From Octopus vulgaris (taxonomy: Eukaryota), in assembly GCA_951406725.2 (NCBI GenBank), contig OX597815.1, positions 188,480,001 to 188,544,000 on the forward strand: a stretch of DNA of 64,000 nucleotides, in the 5' to 3' direction. A program made the position numbers and the translations under genes. Shown here one piece after another: positions 24,926 through 39,019 of the stretch; position 1 is the stretch's first letter, and each line of letters opens with the position of its first letter. The notes beneath the pieces were generated by a model, which saw only the letters and a list, made by a program, of their open reading frames with translations, did no database searches and was not told where the DNA came from.

Positions 24926-26132
24926 CTGAATATTCAAACGGATAGTTTTAATGTACCAAAATGTTTCGTTGCTTTCAAACAAAACCCAATATACTTATGA
25001 TAAACTGTTTGGCAGAATTATAGAATTACAACTAAAAGTAAATGAAGTGTCTGAAAATATAATTATGTATATTGAAAAAGTAATCTATAAATAGTTTTGT
25101 TTTTAATACTTCCTTTATAAAATCCATGCAGTTTGCTTCATTTATTAACAGAAATTTTTGAACATGGTGTACAAGAATGCCTGAAGTCCACATACTCCAA
25201 TGATGCCAGTTTTAGTCTAAAAATGAGCTGCTTGTTGTTCTTGTGTTGCTACCAGGTGACAATATTGTAGCTGGATTTGATGTTAAGGATATTCCCCCAA
25301 AAGATATGTCTTATTTTGTAACTGATCTTATTTTGATCAACTGGTACTTGCTTTATCGACCTCGAAATGATGAAAGGCAAAATCAACCCCGGTGGAATTT
25401 GAACTCAGAATGTAAAGACAGATGAAATGCTGCTAAGTATTTTACCCAGCATGCCAATGGTTCTGCCAGCTCACTGCCTTATATAATACGACTATTAGGG
25501 GTCAGGAAACAGATTGATACCAACTACCCAGCTTCCCACCATTTAAAAATTTGGGGTTTTTCCATTCCAAGGGTAAAGTTCTGTATTGACAATGACTTTT
25601 TATTTCTTACCTTTCACTTGTTTCAGTGGCCATGCTGGAGCACCACCTTGAAGGGTTTTAGTTGAACAAATCAACCCTAGGATTTATTTTATTTTTTTGC
25701 AGGCCAGCAAGGGAATAAATAAAAATAGATAGTGCCTTGGACCTCCTTTTCTGTTAACTATTTGGAATGTTTCAGAGCAATATATAACAGGAATTCTTCA
25801 TACTATAAATAGTTTAAAAGTGTCCCATTGTGCATTGAAACATTCAGTGAGCATTAATCATGCAAATATTTGGTTCCTCATTGATGCGTAAAATCTGTGA
25901 AAAAGGTTTCCAAGTGCCAAACTGCAAAAATTTAACCAAAGAAAAAAGCATCAGTTAGAAGAAAAATAAAATTGCTGTGATATGAAGGAGTGTAATAGAA
26001 ATGTGTTAGAAAATTATGATCCTGAACGAAAAAAATTAATTTGTTGAAAGCAGTTATGTAATGTAAAATTATAAAGTCTCACTGTTTGTTGCTATGAAAT
26101 TTTGTTTTTTAGTTAGAATTTTTCATGTTGTG

Positions 26133-26556
26133 TTACTCTTTACTCTTTTATTTGTTTCAGTCATTTGACTATGACTATGCTGGAGCACTGCTTTTAGTCG
26201 AGCAAATTGACCCCAGGACTTATTTTTTGTAAGCCTAGTACTTATTCTATCGGTCTCTATTGCTGAACCGCTAAGTGACGGGGACGTAAACACACCAGCA
26301 TCAGTTGTCAAGCGATGTTGGGGAGACAAACACAAACGCACAAACAGACACACACACACACACACATATGTATATATATATATATACATATATACGATGG
26401 GCTTCTTTCAGTTTCCATCTACCAAATCCACTCACAAGGCCTTGGTCAGCCCGAGGCTATAGTAGAAGACACCTGCTCAAGGTGGCACACAGTGGGACTG
26501 AACCCAGAACCATGTGGTTCGTAAGTCAGCTACTTACCACACAGCCATTCCTTAGC
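26133..26556 (-). mobile_element. family C SINE
   Basis: Full-length match. Confidence 0.85.
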
Positions 26557-27125
26557 CTTGATAAATTTTTTTGATAATGTTCTTGATAAATTTTTTAATT
26601 ACTAAATTATTTTGAATAAATTTTAGTTTTAGTTTCCATGATTGAACTTACAGTGGCCTGGGAGGACAGACTGAAAATTTCTTTCCAGTGAAAAATACGT
26701 CAATGATCAGGTGTTGGCCAACAGGACACTTGTCAAGAGAGGGCATATAGTCTCATTCTGTAGTGAAGTCAGGTGATGTGGCTTTCTAACTACTTTGATT
26801 TGGTATTTCCTGCAAAATATTGGTTTGGGCCCCAGATAACTGAAGAAAGCCACCAAGGAGATAGCTATTGCTGAAACCAGTTCAGATTGGTTGTAGTTGA
26901 CAAGAGAACACAGGTGAAACCCTTCGATTGTCAAAGGCCAATCCAATCTTTACTGATCCACTCAGGCAAAGTTTACAGGCTAAGGGGTGAAATGATTGTG
27001 ACCCTGAGATGCCTGCTGATAATACAGAAGGCTTTCCAGCATTGTTTTGGATTGGAAGAAGAGCTTTCAATATCTCTGATTCTGCATGGTGCAAAATATC
27101 CCCAATGCTTATTTCTCACATATAC

Positions 27126-27361
27126 CTATTTCTTTATTACCCACAAGGGGTTAAACATAGAGGGGACAAACAAGGACAGACATAGGTATTAAGTCGATTA
27201 TATCGACCCACAGTGCGTAACTGGTACTTATTTAATCGACCCCGAAAGGATGAAAGGCAAAGTTGACCTCGGCGGAATTTGAACTCACAACATAACGGCA
27301 GACGAAATACCGCAAAGCATTTTGCCTGGTGTGCTAACGTTTCTGCCAGCTCGCTGCCTTT
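27126..27361 (-). mobile_element. family M SINE, full length
   Basis: Head, core and tail match. Confidence 0.88.
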
Positions 27362-27639
27362 CTCACATATACCTGTCTCCATTCTACATAAGTCATTTTA
27401 TGCACATCTCTTTAATTTGATGTGCTCAATAAAATTAGGAAAGAACATAGTGAAGGACTCTAAAAATAGCTTTCTACATTGTAGTATAAAATCCAAAGAA
27501 ATAAATCCAAAGAATACACAGTACAAATTGAAACAAAAAATAACAGAATTGAATAACCTAGTGATGTTATGAAATACCAAACAAATTAACCTAACAAGTT
27601 TACTAATTACAAATTGACCTGCAATCAATTGAACAGATG

Positions 27640-27888
27640 TCATCATCTTCATCATCATCTTTTAACATCTGTTTTCCATGCTAGCATAGGTTGGATGGTT
27701 TGACCAGGGTCTGGGAAACCAGGAGGCTGCACCAGGCTCCAGTCTAATCTGGCAGTGTTTCTACAACTGGATGCCCTTCCTAATGCCGACCACTCCATGA
27801 GTGTAGTGGGTGCTTTTTACATTCCACCGGCACAGGTACCAGGGGAGGCTGGTAATGGCCATGATTAATTGGTGCGTTTTACATGCCA
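27640..27888 (-). mobile_element. family G SINE
   Basis: Reverse-complement match with (cat)n end. Confidence 0.78.
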
Positions 27889-28000
27889 TATATATATATA
27901 TATACATATCTGTCATCTGTTCAATTCTGATTGCATCTTGCATGTGTTAACATATGTCTCCTTGCAACAATGTAAACTTTCATTTAACCAAGATATCCTT

Positions 28001-28084
28001 GGCCTGAAGCATAGCCTGTGATATACACCTCGCTTGGATATTTACCACTTCTGAGGTTCCGCTCGCTATGAAATATATGTAACC
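28001..28084 (+). ncRNA. degenerate hammerhead-ribozyme-like motif
   Basis: ggc-CTGAAGC-ATAGC...GCTAT-GAAA-TATATG-TA-acc; A9 is C and stem I is weak. Confidence 0.4.
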
Positions 28085-28163
28085 CGGATCTTATCTCTTA
28101 ACTCTTGTATATATATATATATATATATATAATCAAAATAAGCAACAAGGAAATCCAGAGGTA

Positions 28164-28253
28164 ATGCAGTACGATCGTTTCATGCGACTTCATTTAATTG
28201 AACAATATAAATATTATATCAGTTTTAAAATGTAGAGCAATCTTCAGCTGCAT
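28164..28253 (-). ncRNA. minimal type-I hammerhead ribozyme (Penelope-like terminal repeat)
   Basis: Minus strand ATGCAG-CTGAAGA-tTGC...GCAt-GAAA-C-GATC-G-TA-CTGCAT: 6-bp stem I, intact core, palindromic helix III, GUA cleavage triplet. Confidence 0.75.
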
Positions 28254-29769
28254 AAAAATATAGAATTTAGTTAAATTCAAAGGATTCTTTTGTATAGTTA
28301 TTCTATTAACCAAAATCACAAAGAGGATAAGTAGATAGACAAAGAACATGTGCTTTAACTTAAGTACCATATTCAACTGAATCTAAATTTTACTGAACTA
28401 TATATATATATATATATTTAAATATATATGTTATATATTACACACACACACACACACATATATACTCATATGCTTACATGTGGAAGTAGGAGAAATTACC
28501 CGGAGTAATGTACAGAGGAATAGAAAATGTGTGTCATCCTACACAGGTATATACACACACATGATTAAATATATACCTGAATATCTACACACATACACAC
28601 AAAACTTAAAAATCATGAAGCGTAATTGACAACCTTCATTCAAGTATCCAAGTAGCAGGCAAACACTGGTTTCTCCATGCTGAAAGTTAACTGAAGGATA
28701 TGAGAACAGTGGATGTGTTAAGAAAGGTGGAAGAAAGACAAGAGAAATGTTAGAAGTGTGACAAAAAGAGAAGAATTAAATAGATAAATTGTTAAGTTAG
28801 AGATTGATAGAGTGTATATATGTGTGATAGAACAAGGGATTGAATTAGTCAGCAGTCAATCAGCAAGAAGACAGGTGTGGTAGGCAGTGAGGTAGAGTAG
28901 TCTGTGAAATACAAGGATAGACAGGAGAAAGAGTGAGAGGTGAAGTGATAGCATGATAAAGACAGGAGAAATGCAAAAATAGACAGTGATCTGCAATAGA
29001 GAGGTAACGTGATAAAGTAAAAGAGTTATAGTGTGTGAGAAAATAATAGAAATAAATGGAAAAAGTAATTCATGAATTATATCACTTTGTATATGTGGAG
29101 GAGTGAAGACAGAAAATGAAGAGAAGAGATGGAAGCAGATTTTGATCAGGGGGAAAAGGAAAAGGAATTATATAGATAGAGGAAATGAAGAAATAAAGAC
29201 GTACACGGGTAAGGGAGTAAGAATAATGGAGAATGAAAGCATAATTATAAAAAAAGTAAAATAGGAAGCCCAGGTAAAGAACAGGAGAAAGACAAACTCA
29301 GAGAAGAATGGAAAAAAATTTGGATGTATAAGTATGCAGCTGGTAAAATGCAAGTCAACAAAGATGACGCTCTGAGGATTTGAAAAGCTGTTTGATTTTG
29401 AACAGTGTAAAGAAAATGAAGGTTAATGCAAGAAATCAAAAGCCACAACAAGAAACACGAGGAAAAAATGAGAAGCGACAGCAAAGATGTAAAGAAGAAA
29501 TATCATAAATAAAACAAAGGAAACAGAATAAGGCTTGAAGCAGGAAGATTAAGAATTAATTGTGTGTGTGTGTGTATGCATGTGCATGCATGTTCGTGGA
29601 TGCGTTCATGTGTGTGCATATATGTGTGACAGATTCCGTCATTTTTTTTTTACGGGTATTGCATAAGTATATTCCCACATGCACATACTATATATATATA
29701 TATATACACATGCATACACACACATCAGAAAATACAGCACAATGTATCTTTATGTAGCTTATAAGAGTG

Positions 29770-29864
29770 ATCATCATCATCATCATCACCACCATCATCA
29801 CCATCATCATCATCATCATCATCCTCACCACCACCACCACCACCACCACCATCATCATCATCAT
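29770..29864. repeat. (CAT/CAC)n microsatellite
   Basis: direct. Confidence 0.95.
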
Positions 29865-30153
29865 TTACTGATCAATAATTTCTATAAGAATTAGAGTGTA
29901 ATTAATTATTTTTTTTTTTATCTCTCATTGTTTACATTAATCAGGTTCCAATTTCTATACAAAATTATCGAACACGTTCATAATCTACAATATAAAAATA
30001 CAGCATGATCTCTTTTGTGAACTTTTTTTTTATTTATATAGACTTTTTTTTATAAATTTAAAAGCATTTTAATTCTTCAATTGAAAATGAGGTGAATAGT
30101 TTGTGTGAACTTTACACATAGACAGTTACTATTTTAGTGTGACAGAATAACTA

Positions 30154-30719
30154 TTGGGTTGTCCGGAAAGTTCATGCCAATTTTTAAAGGAAAGAAAAAG
30201 GTCAATAAATACTTGCCATTATATTTTTAATCAACCAAATATGAAACATTTTGTTGCACAATGCGTCTCCATCTTTCCTTCAACTTGAAAATACCCTCTT
30301 CCCAGAATTGAGGTGGATTTATGGCAAAGAATTCATCAAGGAATCTTTTTATGTCATCCAAGGAACTGAAATTTTTACCATTAGGGCTATTCTGCAGAGA
30401 CCTGAATAAGTGGAAATCCAAAGGAGCAATATCTGGTGAATATGGAGGGTGGGGTAACACATCCCAGCCGAGCTGCAGCAATTTTTGTCTGGTTCCCAAA
30501 GCATCAAGTGCCAAAAATGAACTTTCTTATCTTCCATTTTAAAGGGTTACAGAATTAACAGAGGTTATAGGAATATAAACCTTCTTCCACGAAAAGATAG
30601 CTTAAACTGTGCTCTAAGTGGAGGTGTAGTCAAATCCTATTTTATAGACTCAAGTATGTTCTAAAATAAGTCGAAAGGTAAGTTGCTATAAATCAGCACG
30701 AACTTTCCGGACAACCCAA
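30154..30719 (-). mobile_element. internally deleted mariner element (mellifera-subfamily-like) with both TIRs
   Basis: TIRs ttgggttgtccggaaagttc / gaactttccggacaacccaa, flanked by TA and TG; N-terminus MEDKKVHF.HLML joined to C-terminal LGWDVLPHPPYSPDIAPLDFHLFRSLQN. Confidence 0.9.
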
Positions 30720-30929
30720 TGCTTCATTTTGATTTGTTACCATTTTGTGACAGCCCTGGTGTTCTCTCATGAATGTGAATAAAAAGCAGCAACACTATTT
30801 GATACAACTTTCTTCTACTAATAGTACGAAATGCAAGCTTATTGCTGAGCAATATCTATTTATTTTGATATATGTATTTCATGGATATTTTTTTGTGTCA
30901 CTGTTAGTGTGCACATGTATGTATGTATG

Positions 30930-30963
<34 letters not shown>

Positions 30964-31012
30964 TGTATGTATGTATGTATGTATGTATGTATGTATGTAT
31001 GTATGTATATGT

Positions 31013-31043
<31 letters not shown>

Positions 31044-32011
31044 AAATTTATATAAATAAGGATAAGATTGATATTTAAATACCGATCTTATCAGGTGGCC
31101 AGCATGGGAATAAAAACCTTTCAAAGGTAATACTTTTTTAAAATTATAATTTAGGGTATCTAAGAGATACCACTATGCTGAAAATAGCAGTCAAATCTTG
31201 ACTCTAAAACCACATTAAATGTTCATATAGCACTAGGAGAGAAAACAAAGAGACAAAATAAACTAGCAAAAAAAAAAAAAAGAAGGCAGAGTATCTCTTA
31301 TGCAAAGCCAGATATCCGGGATCTGAGATGGCAATGTTACTGAAACCTCATTGGTGAGATGAGTTTTGCATGTTTGTATTCGTAGAGTTTCTTCTTGTAT
31401 TCGTAGAGTTTCTATACTGGCTCTAGAAATCTTTTTGGTGCAACCTTAATGTCATTTATTATTAGATAACTCAAGATATTAATGGTTTATAAGAGAACTC
31501 TTACAAGGTTTAAAGAAGTTCTACTTGAGAATCAAAACAAGCAATTAATCTGTGTGGAAGATTGTACTGTAAAATATTCCATTTCTGAGCATCAATGTTG
31601 TTCTGTATATAATACATTCTATCTTTGAAGCCACTGTCTTTTAATGCGGCAATGTTATAATGAAAAATAGAGTAATATATTTCTTGTCAGAGGATAAACT
31701 GGATATGCACTTCTGAATATTTTTCACTAAATTTTTTCAAAGATTATAAGTGACTGATGGAATTCGTGTTAATATACCGCAATTTGTTAAGATTAATATA
31801 TTAGTGCCTATATCTATAATTATATCTAAGGAATTAAAAAAGCTTAAATTCATATCTTTCATAATGTTTAAATCAAATTATTTGAACGTATTAACAAATT
31901 TCTCCCTTAGAGCATTCATGGTATGGTCATTCATATTTCATGAAATGTAAAGTTAATCATCATGGTAAAGACCAAATTTTGCAGAATGGATTCCCTAAGA
32001 AGTAAATCTAG

Positions 32012-32046
<35 letters not shown>

Positions 32047-32325
32047 CATACACAAGGAGACAGAGGTGCATACATATACAAACACATGCTCACACACACA
32101 TACATAGGAAATACACAAACACGGACATGCAAGCATAAATATGCAGGATACGTACATACAGATGCACACACACATATACATATATACATATGCATATACA
32201 CACATATATACATACATACACATGCAAACACACACATACATACATACGTACATGCATGCATGTATAGGCACACACACACACTGACCAACACACATGCACA
32301 CAAACAATCAAAAGGGAACACAGTG

Positions 32326-32463
32326 TAAATAATGGACAGAGTCAAAACTATTGAAAAGGTTTCAAGACACAACGAAAATGACTCTCCCCAGACACAACAG
32401 AATATGCTTCAACACACGAACTCATATAAAGAATCTTGCAAACCAAATCCAAAAACGAAATAT
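32326..32463 (+). mobile_element. internally deleted copy of the Penelope-like repeat at 2090/56420
   Basis: Sequence match. Confidence 0.6.
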
Positions 32464-33105
32464 AAATCTATAATATTTAACAATATTGGTTCACACTACT
32501 CAGCACTATCATATGATCCAACAATTACATTAAACAACACTTGGCCCCTATTTTTAAATCTATAAATAGTTAACGTAAAATAAGAAAGACTTATTTGTGT
32601 GCATAATAATATTGATATTTGAATCACTAATTTTAATAAAACCTACCAAGTTCTATAGCTTTATGATGTATGATTTGATTATAGATGTGTAGAATGCTAT
32701 CATATTGAACTGCATAGATTTATTATTCATTATCTATGTTATTATCTATATTAGAGAATCATTTGATACAGAAACTATTTATATTCCATAACAGATGAGA
32801 ATTATTCAATATTAAAGATGATAGGATCTAAGATATTTTTATTAGCTCCAACCCATTTCTCCATTTCTGATTATGTTGAATTTTATCAATCCCCATTTGG
32901 AATCAACAAGAAATTTATCCTTATGAAACATTCACATAATGTACGATTCATGTAATACCAAAGATTCTTTCCTATTGTTTATTTCTAGTTTGGCAGTTAA
33001 TTCTTTTGCCTTTAAAACAGTAGCCTTGAATGTAGTATATTTACTATTGAGCAGCCATCTGCTTTTTACATATTTGTGCTTTTGTTTAAAAGAAAAATGG
33101 AGTGT

Positions 33106-33331
33106 TTAACCCTTTAGTGTTCGCATTATTCTGCCAAAATTAATCCTTTTTTATCCACATTGTTTTGAAGTAATCATGCACTATCTTGTAACTATGAGAT
33201 TTTGATGAGGTAGCTTTTAATTTTTCAAATATTGTAGGGTTGGTGTGAGAGACCAGATCTGGCCAGTTTGAACATAAAACAGGCAGAATACTTTTGGCCG
33301 GATGTGGCCGGTTTAAATGCTAAAGGGTTAA
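33106..33331. mobile_element. TTAA-flanked piggyBac-like MITE (family P2)
   Basis: TTAA-ccctttag...ctaaaggg-TTAA; inverted diverged copy at 57046-57273. Confidence 0.75.
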
Positions 33332-33359
33332 AGTTAGCTGAATCTTTTACTAAAATGTC

Positions 33360-33767
33360 TCTCTTTTACTTGTGTCAGTCATGTAACTGTGGCCATGCTG
33401 GAGCACTGCCTTTAATCGAGCAAATCGACTCCAGGACTTATTCTTTGTAAGCCAAGTACTTATTCTATCAGTCTCTTTTGCCGAACCACTAAGTTACGGA
33501 ACGTAAACACACCAGCTTCGATTGTCAAGCGATGTTGGGAGAGACAAACACAGATACACAAACACACACACACACACATATATATATACATATACATATA
33601 TACGATGGGCTTCTTTCAGTTTCCATCTACCAAATCCACTCACAAGGCTTTGGTCGCCCCAAGGCTATACTAGAAGACACTTGCCCAATGTGCCGCGCAA
33701 TGGGACTGAACCTGGAACCATGTGGTTTGTAAGCAAGCTACTTACCACACAGCCACTCTTACACCTA
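33360..33767 (-). mobile_element. family C SINE
   Basis: Full-length match. Confidence 0.85.
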
Positions 33768-33779
33768 TAAAGTGTGACA

Positions 33780-33809
33780 CTTACAGCACCTAGGTTTCCC
33801 AAGCGGTCT
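33780..33809 (-). pseudogene. 5S rRNA 3'-end fragment
   Basis: agaccgcttgggaaacctaggtgctgtaag vs the metazoan 5S 3' end agaccgcctgggaataccgggtgctgtagg (from recall). Confidence 0.55.
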
Positions 33810-34269
33810 TGAAAGATATTTAATGATTTTTTTCTTTTTCTTAAAACTAAACATTATCATAATGTTAAGACAGCCATACTCAAAAAGATTTTAATACTTT
33901 GATGGGCTTGCAAATAATTTTTGCTTCTGTGTATTTTTTATTAGTTCTTTACTTGAATTGTGCTATGTGGAGACTATTCTGGCATGCCAAAGAATAGATC
34001 CAACGTTTCCTCTGTGTGTCAGAAAAGTAACTAAAACAGGTTATGGTTGGATTTTTACTCCAATCTCATAAAACCCTTACCAGCAACGATTGCCCCAACA
34101 GACCCATGGGTTGTAGGGTTGTCAACTGATTGGTGCAAAAGTGTCATCTGCCAGGAGTAGAGGATCGCAAAAGATGGTGGATGCAGCAATGTGCTGTTAT
34201 AGTTTGTGCCCTCATACTATTGCTGCTTAATTTGAATCAGCTGAAGGGTTAGGGTTAGGCTGAAGGCCC

Positions 34270-34534
34270 TGCACATATCAGCAGAAGGCCCTGCACAAGT
34301 GATTTGTTTATAGTGATTAAATGTTCGTACTGCACATTAATTCACTCTCTCCATCAAATCGATGTTGTCTGAACAGGTGCATGGTGCACCATGCATCAGG
34401 TATCAAAGAGATTGCTGTGCAACATAAGATGAAGTGTTTTGCTCAAGAAAACAACTTACTACCTGGTCTAGGAATTGAAACCGCAATCTTGCGGTCGTGA
34501 GTGCAACACTCTAACTGCTTGATCATACACCCTC
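34270..34534 (-). mobile_element. old tRNA-derived SINE (head B)
   Basis: Minus-strand head ..gttagagtgttgcactcacgacc..ggtttcaattcc and CORE-like ttgagcaaaacacttcatct. Confidence 0.55.
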
Positions 34535-34537
34535 GAC

Positions 34538-34575
<38 letters not shown>

Positions 34576-34624
34576 TGATGATGAGAAAGTCAATATGAGC
34601 AGTATAGAAAGAATAGCAATGTAC

Positions 34625-34848
34625 CTATTTCTTTACTACCCACAAGGGGCTAAACACAGAGGGAACAAACAAGGACAGACAAACAGATTAAGTCGATTTA
34701 TCGACTCCAGTATGTGAATGGTACTTAATTTATCGACCCCGAAAGGATGAAAGGTAAAGTCAACCTCGGCAGAATTTGAACTCAGAACGTAATGGCAGAC
34801 GAAATACGGCTACGCATTTTGCCCGGCGTGCTAACGTTTCTGCCAGCA
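34625..34848 (-). mobile_element. family M SINE
   Basis: Core and tail match. Confidence 0.85.
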
Positions 34849-35366
34849 GGACCTAGCCATTGCATTACAGAGACTATGGAAAGTGTAGGTAGAATGTATC
34901 TGAGTAGTTATGGGTGCATTGGGAACTATTCCTAAAGAACCCAGAATCACATGGTTTGGAAGCAAACTTCTTACCACACAGCCATGCCTGCAACTTATGC
35001 GCATGCATGTATGTCTCCAGTAATTTTTTTCTTTTTGATAAACGAAATTATTTCAGCAGTAACAGATATTGAAACTAAATCTTTCATAACAAAGTGGTAA
35101 TTTATTACACTGAAAAAAATTTATGAAATATATATTGGTGGAATAATATCACATCAATTGTTGATTTGTACTGAATGAGACCATTTAGTGTAATGATATA
35201 TTTGGTAAATTTCACACTTATATTCCATGATGCAATGCAAACGTTAGACTAATTCTATTGAAGAAATATTTCTCTAGCATTATAGTAATTCAAAACATAT
35301 TCCGGTAAAATTAAGGAAAAATAAACAGCTTCAAGAAAAAGCAATATCTTCAAGAATATTAAAAGT

Positions 35367-35872
<506 letters not shown>

Positions 35873-36063
35873 CTGTAATAAACAAAATATAAAAAAATGT
35901 AAGAAATTAATTTTTATATAAACTTTATACATTAAGAAGCGTATTTGATTAAATGAAATTTCAAAATTCTCTGAAAAAAAATGAATAAATAATGCCCCAC
36001 AGGTAACGTTTTTATCTAAGGAATCAATATTTATATCAAGAACCAAAAATTATTTCTGTCTAT

Positions 36064-36289
<226 letters not shown>

Positions 36290-36998
36290 ATGATCTATCA
36301 ATGATTTTTAAGATACTTTGCTATAAATATGGATAAATACATGTTGTAATTTGATGCTTATATGTGCAAAGGAGTTAACATATAAACAGTGTATTTGTGG
36401 AACATATGTATTGATTTATAATTATGTGCAAACCTTTTTGGCTTAGCAAAATAATTTTTAAAAAGGAATGAGATACAATATTTTTTCAAATTGCAACTGT
36501 TACTTGGCAGAAGAAGCTAAGTAAAAAAAACATAATGTGTTCTAAATCTCAGCTGGTTAAAAATCATTGTAAACCATTACTTTTTATAAAGGAGATATAT
36601 ATACTTTCCAGTTCCCCATTTTTTTTTCTTTAAATCGGTAATATCTTGAGTCTTCCATTTTCCATAACATACATTAATTCATTGACACTCATCGTGTTTG
36701 ATAAATTTTATCTAGCAAATCTGTAAGCTTATGAAAAGATTTTGCAATGGCCACCATTTTCAGGTAAGGAAATCACCAATAAATCCAACATTCAGTTTTA
36801 AATGATGTTTATTTCCAATGAAGCAAACGCTTAAAAAAACCCAGAAACCTTGTAAAGTGAATTTCTTTAAACATACATCCATGCCTTAGACATTTTGAGT
36901 GATTTCATTTCAGCATAACAACATGAGCATTAGTTTTCTCATGTCAAAAATGCTGGAATTAATAGCTAGGACCTAATTCATTATACTTGTATCAAATA

Positions 36999-37388
36999 CT
37001 AGCAGTATCGCCCAGCGTTGCTCAGGTTTGTTTCGACCCTTTAGAATTGGAGTTTTTGAAAAGTAAAAATTTTGCATTACGTAGCTTGTTATTCTCTTTA
37101 AGTGAACATTTTTCTGGTTGAAATACACTGAAAAATGGCGACACAGCAGTCAAAAAATCGTAAGAAATAAGGATTTTCATAGAAAAATAGCACCTTTTAG
37201 ATGTAAATAATTTTTGGTGTTAATATGGTCTGATTTGAATTTTATCTTCTACGGAAGGAAGAGCAAGCCTTCTTCTATCATACTCTCAATTTTGGTCAAC
37301 TTGCGCCTCAGGGTCTCGGAGGAGATAGTGTTAGTTGAAGGCTACCAAACCTGCCATACACAGACAACTTCAGCTTTATATATAAATA
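36999..37388 (-). mobile_element. non-autonomous Helitron, second family (same ends, different body)
   Basis: Plus strand a|ctagcagtatcgcccagcgttgctcaggtttg ... ctttatatataaata|t. Confidence 0.75.
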
Positions 37389-37879
37389 TAATTCAATAAT
37401 GCTTTTGTGATTTTTGGTTGTTTGTTTTTTGTTTTTTAATGAAGTGGGAAGAATAGTGGATCTTCACAGAGTCTCAAAACTGGTTGGAAGGAGTGTGGAA
37501 GATATTCACAAACCCAAGACTTTGCCTGAATGCTGAGCAACAGATGGCACTGTGTCATGAAATACTGGCTTGGAAATGAAAATATGAACATGATTCAAAA
37601 TAAGATGACAATTAAGCAGTTCTGCTTTAGTAAAGAGAAGGCTTTAAAAGGTTTGTAGTTGTTTGTTTTGTAATAATGGCATCAACGAAGTGTTAGAGAT
37701 TACTTTGTTGTCATATGTTATTGTTTTACATTGATGGTTCTACCATTCTCATTTTGTCATTTTTAAGGAGATAAGATAGTGTCTAGTTGCTAAGGAAAGA
37801 GTATTGTATGTCAATAATTATAGTATGATATCATTCATGAATGTTGAGATGTGAGAGTATATTCATTTCTACTATAGAC

Positions 37880-38322
37880 ATAAGGCATGAAATTGTGATG
37901 GTAGTGAGCTAGTCGAATACATAGACCCCAGTGTTCAACTGGTATTATTTTGGTGACCCTGAAGGCTGCGTTAGCTGGCAGAAACGTTAGCATGCCGGGC
38001 AGAATGCTTAGCGGTATTTCGTCCGCCGTTATGTTCTGAGTTCAAATTCTGCTGAGGTCGACTTTGCCTTTCATCCTTTAGGGGTCGATAAATTAAGTAC
38101 CAGTTATGCACTGGGGTCGATGTAATCAACTTAATCCCTTTGTCTGTCCTTGTTTGTCCCCTCTATGTTTAGCCCTGTGGGCAATAAAGAAATAATTATT
38201 TTGTTGACCCTGAAAGGACAAAAGGTAAAGTTGACCTGGGTAGAATTTGAACTCTGAACATAAAGCGAGATGAAATGCTGCTAAGCATTTAGCCCGGCAT
38301 GCTAATTGTTCTGCCAGCTTGA
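37880..38322 (-). mobile_element. old family M SINE hosting a younger opposite-strand M copy (37964-38194, +)
   Basis: 20-bp TSD attattttg(g/t)tgaccctgaa at 37944-37963 and 38195-38214. Confidence 0.82.
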
Positions 38323-38774
38323 CACATTGATGTGAGAGTATATTACAAATTAATAAACAAGGAAAACAAAGTCTATGTCACCTGCAAAATTGTATTTGTA
38401 TTTATGTTTTTTCAAATGAGAGTTTATAAGCCTCTATTCTATAAACTACATCAAGTTTGGATTATTAAAAAGTTATTTCCTGAGAGGCATGTTTTAGTGT
38501 CAGGGATGAGTTAAAAGTGTTGAAGAATGTATAGTGAAATATCTGTGATGAGAAAAAATGATGAATCTGTAATTTTACAAACTTAGGATTTTTTTTAGCA
38601 AACAATTTCAAATTTGGATGCAAATGAAGAATTATCTCATTACTTCATAAAATGATTTTGAAATATGTGATGTGTCTTCAAGGAACAAGTTTACCCCACT
38701 CTTGATTAATATTTATGCCTTAATGATATTGTTTATTCAGTTATAATTATCATTATATTTCAGTTTTCTTTACA

Positions 38775-38940
38775 AGGTGCAGGAGCGGCTCTGTGGGAAG
38801 TAGCTTGCTTACGAACCACATGGTTCCAGGTTCAGTCACACTGCATGGCCCCTCGGGCAAGTGTCTTCTACTATAGCCTTGGGCTGGCCAAAACCTTGTT
38901 GGTGGATTTAGTAGACGGAAACTGAAAGGAGCCTGTTGTA
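38775..38940 (+). mobile_element. family C SINE, 5' half
   Basis: Head and CORE match. Confidence 0.78.
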
Positions 38941-38952
38941 TATATATAAATG

Positions 38953-39019
<67 letters not shown>

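Noticed and set aside
28700-29540. Purine-skewed region (and pyrimidine-skewed 70-420)
   Set aside because: Looks like decayed low-complexity sequence; no ORF or defined structure
31320-31350. ctgagatggc..ctgaaacc as a hammerhead
   Set aside because: Core lacks N7, and helices I and III cannot be formed
31372-31413. 21-bp direct duplication (ttgtattcgtagagtttct)
   Set aside because: Ordinary slippage duplication
34245-34260. gggttagggttagg telomeric-like motif
   Set aside because: Only about two units, expected by chance
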